Assembly (NCBI RefSeq): GCF_039654945.1
Contig: NW_027361688.1
Coordinates: 1,240,001-1,304,000, forward strand
From: Dendrobates tinctorius
Lineage: Eukaryota
Length of the DNA: 64,000 nucleotides
Direction: 5' to 3'
Positions within the stretch are counted from its first letter, which is position 1; every line of letters starts with the position of its first letter. The notes under the pieces were generated by a model. The model searched no databases, had not been told where the DNA came from, and saw nothing but the letters and a program-made list of their open reading frames with translations. The translations under genes were made by a program, and so were the position numbers. Below, piece by piece: positions 54,701 to 64,000 of the stretch.

Positions 54701-57538
54701 CTTATAGCGCTATATACCCTCCATATCCTGCTGCATACCCCCATATAGTGCTATATACCCTCCATATCCTGCTGTAAACCCCCATATAGTGCTATATACC
54801 CTCCATATCCTGCTGTATACCCCCATATAGTGCTATACACCCTCCATATCCAGCTATATACCCCCATATGTTGCTATATACCCTCCATATCCTGCTGTAT
54901 ACCCCCATATAGTGCTATATACCCTCCATATCCAGCTATATACCCCCATATATTGCTATATACCCTCCATATCCTGCTGTATACCTCCATATTGTGCTAT
55001 ATACACTCCATATCCTGCTGTATACCCCCATATAGTGCTATATACCCTCCATGTCCTGCTGTATACCTCCATATAGTGCTATATACCCTCCATATCCAGC
55101 TGTATACCCCCATATAGTGCTATATACTCTCCATATCCTGCTGCATACCCCCATATAGTGCTATACACCCTCCATATCCAGCTATATACCCCCATATATT
55201 GCTATATACCCTCTATATCCTGCTGTATACCCCCATATAGTGCTATATACCCTCCATATCTTGCTGTATACCTCCATATAGTGCTATATACTCTCCATAT
55301 CCTGCTGCATACCCCCATATAGTGCTATACACCCTCCATATCCAGCTATATACCCCCATATAGTGCTATACACCCTCCATATCAAGCTATATACCCCCAT
55401 ATATTGCTATATACCCTCCATATCCAGCTATATACCCCCATATATTGCTATATACTCTCCATATCCTGCTGTATACCCCCATATAGTGCTATATACCCTC
55501 CATATCCAGCTATATACCCCCATATAGTGCTATATACCCCCATATAGTGCTATATACCCTCCATATCCAGCTGTATACCCCCATATAGTGCTATATACCT
55601 CCATATCCTGCTGTATACCCCCATATAGTGCTATATACCCTCCATATCCTGCTGTATACCTCCATATAGTGCTATATACCCTCCATATCCGGCTATATAC
55701 CCCCATATAGTGCTATATACTCTCCATATCCTGCTGCATACCCCCATATAGTGCTATATAACCTCCATATCCGGCTATATACCCCCATATAGTGCTATAT
55801 ACCCTCCATATCCTGCTGTATACCCCCATATAGTGCAACATACCCTCCATCTCCTGCTGCATACCCCCATATAGTGCTATATACCCTCCATATCCAGCTA
55901 TATACCCCCATATAGTGCTATACACCCTCCATATCCTGCTGTATACCCCATATAGTGCTATATACCCTCCATATCTTGCTGTATACCCCCATATCCTGCT
56001 GTATACCCCATATAGTGCTATATACCATCCATATCCTGCTTAATACCCCCATATAGTGCTATATACCCTCCATATCCTGCTGTATACCCCATATAGTGCT
56101 ATATACCCTCCATATCCTGCTTAATACCCCCATATAGTGCTATATCCCCTCCATATCCTGCTGCATACCCCCATATAGTGCTATATACCCTCCATATCTT
56201 GCTGTATACCCCCATATCCAGCTGTATACCCAATATAGTGCTATATACCATCCATATCCTGCTTAATACCCCCATATAGTGCTATATACCCTCCATATCC
56301 TGCTGCATACCCCCATATAGTGCTATATACCCTCCATATCCTGCTGCATACCCCCATATAGTGCTATATACCCTCCATATCTGCTGTATACCCCATATAG
56401 TGCTATATACCCTCCATATCCTGCTTAATACCCCCATATAGTGTTATATCCCCTCCATATCCTGCTGCATACCCCCATATAGTGCTATATACCCTCCATA
56501 TCCTGCTGTATACCCCCATATAGTGCTATATACCCTCCATATCCTGCTGTATACCCCATATAGTGCTATATACCCTCCATATCCTGCTTAATACACCCAT
56601 ATAGTGCTATATCCCCTCCATATCCTGCTGTATACCCCCATATAGTGCTATATACCCTCCATATCCTGCTGTATACCCCCTTATAGCGCTTTATACCCTC
56701 CATATCCTGCTGCATACCCCCATATAGTGCTATATACCCTCCATATCCTGCTGTAAACCCCCATATAGTGCTATATACCCTCCATATCCTGCTGTATACC
56801 CCCATATAGTGCTATACACCCTCCATATCCAGCTATATACCCCCATATGTTGCTATATACCCTCCATATCCTGCTGTATACCCCCATATAGTGCTATATA
56901 CCCTCCATATCCAGCTATATACCCCCATATATTGCTATATACCCTCCATATCCTGCTGTATACCTCCATATTGTGCTATATACACTCCATATCCTGCTGT
57001 ATACCCCCATATAGTGCTATATACCCTCCATGTCCTGCTGTATACCTCCATATAGTGCTATATACCCTCCATATCCAGCTGTATACCCCCATATAGTGCT
57101 ATATACTCTCCATATCCTGCTGCATACCCCCATATAGTGCTATACACCCTCCATATCCAGCTATATACCCCCATATATTGCTATATACCCTCTATATCCT
57201 GCTGTATACCCCCATATAGTGCTATATACCCTCCATATCTTGCTGTATACCTCCATATAGTGCTATATACTCTCCATATCCTGCTGCATACCCCCATATA
57301 GTGCTATACACCCTCCATATCCAGCTATATACCCCCATATAGTGCTATACACCCTCCATATCAAGCTATATACCCCCATATATTGCTATATACCCTCCAT
57401 ATCCAGCTATATACCCCCATATATTGCTATATACTCTCCATATCCTGCTGTATACCCCCATATAGTGCTATATACCCTCCATATCCAGCTATATACCCCC
57501 ATATAGTGCTATATACCCCCATATAGTGCTATATACCC
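42705..57538. repeat. 41-bp satellite (21+20-bp subunits) with higher-order repeats, left of L2
   Basis: Unit CCCCATATAGTGCTATATACCCTCCATATCCTGCTGTATAC. Confidence 0.98.
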
Positions 57539-60500
57539 CCTATATAGCCCCCTCATGCCCTCTCCTGCTCCCACCTGCTAACACTTTCTCTGCTCCTTCT
57601 CACTGCTGGTGATATCTCTCCAAATCCTGGTCCTCCTCACCACATTCCCACAGTCATTTCTACCTCCCATCCAGGCTCTATCACAACCTTCCGTAACCTC
57701 TCCAACCTTATACCCATTCACCCAGCCCCCGCTTCCCCAGTCCCACTAACAGGAGCTCTGTGGAACGCTCGCTCTGTCTGCAACAAGCTTTCCTACATCC
57801 AAGATCTTTTTGTTACTACCAAACTCTCCTTCCTCGCCATCACCGAAACCTGGCTCACCCCTTCTGACACAGCCTCTCCTGCTGCACTTTCGTATGGCGG
57901 CTTCCACCTTTCTCACACCCCCCGCCCCAGCAGCAAACATGGTGGAGGAGTTGGTTTTCTCCTGTCAGATACCTGCTCCTTCACCCCAATCCCACTGCCA
58001 CCCTCTGTTACCCTCCCTTCCTTTGAGGTGCACTCTGTGCGCATCTACTCCCCCTCCAACCTCCAACTGGCTGTCATCTACCGCCCCCCAGGGCCAGCCA
58101 CCACCTTCTTTGACCACTTCACCACCTGGTTACTTCATTTCCTTTCCGCGGACATCCCTACTATCATCATGGGCGACTTCAACATCCCCATTGACACTTC
58201 CCTCTCAGCTGCCACTAAACTTCTATCTCTCACTTCCTCCTTCGGCCTCACTCAATGGTCTTCTGCAGCCACTCACAAAGATGGCCACACACTAGACCTC
58301 ATCTTCACCCGCCTCTGCGCCCTATCTAGCCTCTCTAACTCACCTCTTCCTCTCTCTGACCACAACCTGCTCACATTCTCTTCCCCCTTCACTCCATGTC
58401 TACAATCCCCACCCCACAAACTTTCACACCCTCGCAGGAATCTTAAACACCTTGACCTACACTCATTCTCCGAATCCCTCCTCCCTCTTACAGATATAAG
58501 TTCCTTACACAATGCGGATGACGCTGCCGCTCTATATAACACCACAATAGCTGTAGCTTTGGAATCCGCTGCCTCACTTACACATACCAAAACTCGCAAA
58601 ATCAACAGACAGCCCTGGCACACCAGCCTGACCAAAGAGCTGAGGCGAGCTTCCAGGGCTGCTGAGCGCAGATGGAAAAGATCCCACTCCAACGAGCATT
58701 TCATCGCATTCAAACAGTCCCTCACTACTTTCAATACCACACTCGCCACAGCTAAACAAACCTACTTCTCATCTCTCATATCCTCCCTGTCTCACAACCC
58801 TAAACAGTTATTCAACACCTTCAATTCTCTCCTCCGCCCCCCAGCACCTCCTCCCTCCCCACTCATCTCAGCTGAAGACTTTGCCTCATTTTTCAAGCAG
58901 AAAATTGATAACATCAGGGACAGTTTTGGTCAACAACCCCCAGAGCCCTTCCTCCCGACTTCCCAGCCCTCCACCTTCAAAACCAACTTCTCCACCATTA
59001 CAGAAGATCGACTCTCCACTCTACTCTCAAGATCACATCTCACCACCTGTGCACTCGACCCGATCCCATCCCACTTCATCCCAAACCTCACCACAGTCTT
59101 CATCCCAACCCTAACCCATCTCTTCAACCTATCACTAACAACTGGTGTTTTCCCCTCAAGCTTTAAACATGCCTCCATCACACCTATCCTCAAAAAGCCC
59201 TCTCTTGACCCATCCTCTGTATCTAGCTATCGCCCTATATCACTTCTCCCATACGCCTCCAAGCTACTGGAACAACACGTCTACCTTGAACTGTCCTCCC
59301 ATCTCTCTTCTTGCTCCCTCTTCGACCGCTTACAATCTGGCTTCCGGTCACACCACTCCACTGAAACTGCCCTTACTAAGGTCACCAATGACCTCTTAAC
59401 TGCCAAGAGCAAGCGACACTACTCTGTCCTCCTCCTCCTGGACCTGTCGGCTGCCTTTGACACAGTGGACCATTCCCTATTATTACAGACCCTCTCATCC
59501 CTCGGCATCACAGACTTGGCCCTCTCCTGGATCTCATCATACCTAACAGACCGGACATTCAGCGTCTCCCACTCACACACCACCTCCTCACCTCGCCCCC
59601 TATCTGTCGGAGTCCCACAAGGTTCAGTCCTAGGGCCCCTGCTGTTCTCTATTTACACCTTTGGCCTGGGACAGCTCATAGAATCTCATGGCTTTCAGTA
59701 TCATCTTTATGCTGATGACACACAGATCTACATCTCTGGACCAGATATCACCTCCCTACTAACCAGAATCCCTCAATGTCTGTCCACTATTTCATCCTTC
59801 TTCTCCACTAGATATCTGAAACTCAACATGGACAAAACAGAATTCATCATCTTTCCCCCATCTCACGTGACCCCCCCTACGAACCTATCAATTACAGTAA
59901 ATGACTGCCCACTCTCCCCAGTCCCACAAGCTCGCTGCCTCGGAGTAATCCTTGATGCTGATCTCTCCTTCAAACCACATATCCAAACCCTTTCCACTTC
60001 CTGCCGACTTCAACTCAAAAATATTTCACGCATCCGTTCATTCCTCACCCAAGAATCTGCAAAAACCCTAGTCCATGCCCTCATCATCTCTCGCCTTGAC
60101 TACTGCAACCTCATGCTCTGCGGCCTCCCCTCAAACACTCTCGCACCCCTCCAATCTATTCTAAACTCTGCTGCCCGACTAATCCACCTGTCCCCCCGCT
60201 ATTCCCCAGCTTCTCCCCTCTGTCAATCCCTTCACTGGCTCCCAATTGCCCAGAGACTCCATTACAAAACCCTAACCATGACATACAAAGCCATCCACAA
60301 CTTGTCTCCTCCATACATCTGTGACCTCGTCTCCCGGTACTTTCCTGCACGCAACCTCCGATCCTCACAAGATCTCCTTCTCTACTCCCCTCTTATCTCC
60401 TCTTCCCACAATCGCATACAAGATTTCTCTCGCGCATCACCCCTACTCTGGAACTCTCTACCACAACATATCAGACTCTCACCTACCATCGAAACCTTCA

Positions 60501-60778
60501 AAAAGAGCCTGAAGACCCACCTCTTCCGACAAGAATATAACCTGCAGTAACCACCGATCGACCAAACCGCTGCACGACCAGCTCTACCCTCGCCTACTGT
60601 ATTATCACCCATCCCTTGAAGATTGTGAGCCCTCGCGGGCAGGGTCCTCTCTCCTCCTGTACCAGTTATGACTTGTATTGTTTAAGATTATTGTACTTGT
60701 TTTTATGTATACCCCCCTCACATGTAAAGCGCCATGGAATAAATGGCGCTATAACAATAAATAATAATAATAATAATA
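57539..60778 (+). mobile_element. Young 5'-truncated L2-clade LINE inserted in satellite
   Basis: Open ORF2, 3' UTR, (TAA)n tail, probable ATATACCC duplication at 57531-57538 / 60779-60786. Confidence 0.95.
57548..60550 (+). CDS. L2 ORF2: 2A-like peptide, APE endonuclease, reverse transcriptase (1000 open codons, native start lost)
   Basis: Frame is open upstream of the called GTG at 58028: [54 protein letters not shown]. Confidence 0.9.
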   Translation, partial: PPHALSCSHLLTLSLLLLTAGDISPNPGPPHHIPTVISTSHPGSITTFRNLSNLIPIHPAPASPVPLTGALWNARSVCNKLSYIQDLFVTTKLSFLAITETWLTPSDTASPAALSYGGFHLSHTPRPSSKHGGGVGFLLSDTCSFTPIPLPPSVTLPSFEVHSVRIYSPSNLQLAVIYRPPGPATTFFDHFTTWLLHFLSADIPTIIMGDFNIPIDTSLSAATKLLSLTSSFGLTQWSSAATHKDGHTLDLIFTRLCALSSLSNSPLPLSDHNLLTFSSPFTPCLQSPPHKLSHPRRNLKHLDLHSFSESLLPLTDISSLHNADDAAALYNTTIAVALESAASLTHTKTRKINRQPWHTSLTKELRRASRAAERRWKRSHSNEHFIAFKQSLTTFNTTLATAKQTYFSSLISSLSHNPKQLFNTFNSLLRPPAPPPSPLISAEDFASFFKQKIDNIRDSFGQQPPEPFLPTSQPSTFKTNFSTITEDRLSTLLSRSHLTTCALDPIPSHFIPNLTTVFIPTLTHLFNLSLTTGVFPSSFKHASITPILKKPSLDPSSVSSYRPISLLPYASKLLEQHVYLELSSHLSSCSLFDRLQSGFRSHHSTETALTKVTNDLLTAKSKRHYSVLLLLDLSAAFDTVDHSLLLQTLSSLGITDLALSWISSYLTDRTFSVSHSHTTSSPRPLSVGVPQGSVLGPLLFSIYTFGLGQLIESHGFQYHLYADDTQIYISGPDITSLLTRIPQCLSTISSFFSTRYLKLNMDKTEFIIFPPSHVTPPTNLSITVNDCPLSPVPQARCLGVILDADLSFKPHIQTLSTSCRLQLKNISRIRSFLTQESAKTLVHALIISRLDYCNLMLCGLPSNTLAPLQSILNSAARLIHLSPRYSPASPLCQSLHWLPIAQRLHYKTLTMTYKAIHNLSPPYICDLVSRYFPARNLRSSQDLLLYSPLISSSHNRIQDFSRASPLLWNSLPQHIRLSPTIETFKKSLKTHLFRQEYNLQ

Positions 60779-63700
60779 ATATACCCTCCATATCCAGCTG
60801 TATACCCCCATATAGTGCTATATACCTCCATATCCTGCTGTATACCCCCATATAGTGCTATATACCCTCCATATCCTGCTGTATACCTCCATATAGTGCT
60901 ATATACCCTCCATATCCGGCTATATACCCCCATATAGTGCTATATACTCTCCATATCCTGCTGCATACCCCCATATAGTGCTATATACCCTCCATATCCG
61001 GCTATATACCCCCATATAGTGCTATATACCCTCCATATCCTGCTGTATACCCCCATATAGTGCAACATACCCTCCATCTCCTGCTGTATACCCCCATATA
61101 GTGCTATACACCCTCCATATCCTGCTGTATACCCCATATAGTGCTATATACCCTCCATATCTTGCTGTATACCCCCATATCCTGCTGTATACCCCATATA
61201 GTGCTATATACCATCCATATCCTGCTTAATACCCCCATATAGTGCTATATACCCTCCATATCCTGCTGCATACCCCCATATAGTGCTATATACCCTCCAT
61301 ATCCTGCTGCATACCCCCATATAGTGCTATATACCCTCCATATACTGCTGTATACCCCATATAGTGCTATATACCCTCCATATCCTGCTTAATACCCCCA
61401 TATAGTGCTATATCCCCTCCATATCCTGCTGCATACCCCCATATAGTGCTATATACCCTCCATATCCTGCTGTATACCCCCATATAGTGCTATATACCCT
61501 CCATATCCTGCTGTATACCCCATATAGTGCTATATACCCTCCATATCCTGCTTAATACACCCATATAGTGCTATATCCCCTCCATATCCTGCTGTATACC
61601 CCCATATAGTGCTATATACCCTCCATATCCTGCTGTATACCCCCTTATAGCGCTATATACCCTCCATATCCTGCTGCATACCCCCATATAGTGCTATATA
61701 CCCTCCATATCCTGCTGTAAACCCCCATATAGTGCTATATACCCTCCATATCCTGCTGTATACCCCCATATAGTGCTATATACCCTCCATATCCTGCTGT
61801 ATACCCCATATAGTGCTATATACCCTCCATATCCTGCTTAATACACCCATATAGTGCTATATCCCCTCCATATCCTGCTGTATACCCCCATATAGTGCTA
61901 TATACCCTCCATATCCTGCTGTATACCCCCTTATAGCGCTATATACCCTCCATATCCTGCTGCATACCCCCATATAGTGCTATATACCCTCCATATCCTG
62001 CTGTAAACCCCCATATAGTGCTATATACCCTCCATATCCTGCTGTATACCCCCATATAGTGCTATACACCCTCCATATCCAGCTATATACCCCCATATGT
62101 TGCTATATACCCTCCATATCCTGCTGTATACCCCCATATAGTGCTATATACCCTCCATATCCAGCTATATACCCCCATATATTGCTATATACCCTCCATA
62201 TCCTGCTGTATACCTCCATATTGTGCTATATACACTCCATATCCTGCTGTATACCCCCATATAGTGCTATATACCCTCCATGTCCTGCTGTATACCTCCA
62301 TATAGTGCTATATACCCTCCATATCCAGCTGTATACCCCCATATAGTGCTATATACTCTCCATATCCTGCTGCATACCCCCATATAGTGCTATACACCCT
62401 CCATATCCAGCTATATACCCCCTTTATTGCTATATACCCTCTATATCCTGCTGTATACCCCCATATAGTGCTATATACCCTCCATATTCTGCTGTATACC
62501 CCATATAGTGCTATATACCCTCCATATCCTGCTTAATACACCCATATAGTGCTATATCCCCTCCATATCCTGCTGTATACCCCCATATAGTGCTATATAC
62601 CCTCCATATCCTGCTGTATACCCCCTTATAGCGCTATATACCCTCCATATCCTGCTGCATACCCCCATATAGTGCTATATACCCTCCATATCCTGCTGTA
62701 AACCCCCATATAGTGCTATATACCCTCCATATCCTGCTGTATACCCCCATATAGTGCTATACACCCTCCATATCCAGCTATATACCCCCATATGTTGCTA
62801 TATACCCTCCATATCCTGCTGTATACCCCAATATAGTGCTATATACCCCCATATATTGCTATATACCCTCCATATCCTGCTGTATACCTCCATATTGTGC
62901 TATATACACTCCATATCCTGCTGTATACCCCCATATAGTGCTATATACCCTCCATGTCCTGCTGTATACCTCCATATAGTGCTATATACCCTCCATATCC
63001 AGCTGTATACCCCCATATAGTGCTATATACTCTCCATATCCTGCTGCATACCCCCATATAGTGCTATACACCCTCCATATCCAGCTATATACCCCCTTTA
63101 TTGCTATATACCCTCTATATCCTGCTGTATACCCCCATATAGTGCTATATACCCTCCATATCCAGCTATATACCCCCATATAGTGCTATACACCCTCCAT
63201 ATCAAGCTATATACCCCCATATATTGCTATATACCCTCCATATCCAGCTATATACCCCCATATATTGCTATATACTCTCCATATCCTGCTGTATACCCCC
63301 ATATAGTGCTATATACCCTCCATATCCAGCTATATACCCCCATATAGTGCTATATACCCCCATATAGTGCTATATACCCTCCATATCCAGCTGTATACCC
63401 CCATATAGTGCTATATACCTCCATATCCTGCTGTATACCCCCATATAGTGCTATATACCCTCCATATCCTGCTGTATACCTCCATATAGTGCTATATACC
63501 CTCCATATCCGGCTATATACCCCCATATAGTGCTATATACTCCATATCCTGCTGCATACCCCCATATAGTGCTATATACCCTCCATATCCAGCTATGTAC
63601 CCCCATATATTGCTATATACCCTCCATATCCTGCTGTATACCCCCATATAGTGCTATATACCCTCCATATCAGCTATATACCCCCATATAGTGCTATATA

Positions 63701-64000
63701 CCCCCATATAGTGCTATATACCCTCCATATCCAGCTGTATACCCCCATATAGTGCTATATACATCCATATCCTGCTGTATACCCCCATATAGTGCTATAT
63801 ACCTCCATATCCTGCTGTATACCCCCATATAGCGCTATATACCTCTATATCCTGCTGTATACCCCCATATAGTGCTATATACCCTCCATATGCTGCTGTA
63901 TACCCCATATGATGCTATATACCCTCCATATCCTGCTGTATACCCCCATATAGTGCTATATACCCTCCATATCCTGCTGTATACCCCCATATAGTGCAAC
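60779..64000. repeat. 41-bp satellite, right of L2, runs off the window
   Basis: Same unit and same variant order as left block. Confidence 0.98.

Noticed and set aside
37616-63179. Many short Tyr/Pro/Ile-rich ORFs
   Set aside because: Translations of satellite units; frames break with C-run length variation

Overview
Eukaryotic (vertebrate, most likely anuran/frog, inferred from the histone sequences and transposon families) genomic DNA. The core is a replication-dependent histone cluster (29.9-35.0 kb): intact H4(-), a divergent H2B(-)/H2A(+) pair and H3.2(-), each with a 3' stem-loop, plus a truncated H1 pseudogene. A microhomology-deleted H2B/H2A relic lies at 6.4-7.0 kb and an apparently gene-less copy of the H4 locus at 42.3-42.7 kb. 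The first 29 kb is a nest of transposable elements: a degenerate DD34E Tc1 carrying a deleted endogenous retrovirus (two LTRs, tRNA-Lys PBS), L2 LINEs, Harbinger-type (TWA) and Kolobok/T2-type (TTAA) MITEs, and several fold-back Penelope-like fragments carrying minimal type I hammerhead ribozyme motifs. An intact DD36E Tc1-family transposon sits at 35.0-36.3 kb. From 37.6 kb to the end are two related satellites (37-bp and 41-bp units, the latter with ~1.76-2.06 kb higher-order repeats), interrupted by a young L2 LINE with an uninterrupted ~1000-codon frame that begins with a 2A-like peptide. The most unusual observations are a 36-bp minisatellite apparently built from histone 3'-processing signals, the empty H4 cassette with its flanking repeats expanded into satellites, and the hammerhead-bearing palindromes.
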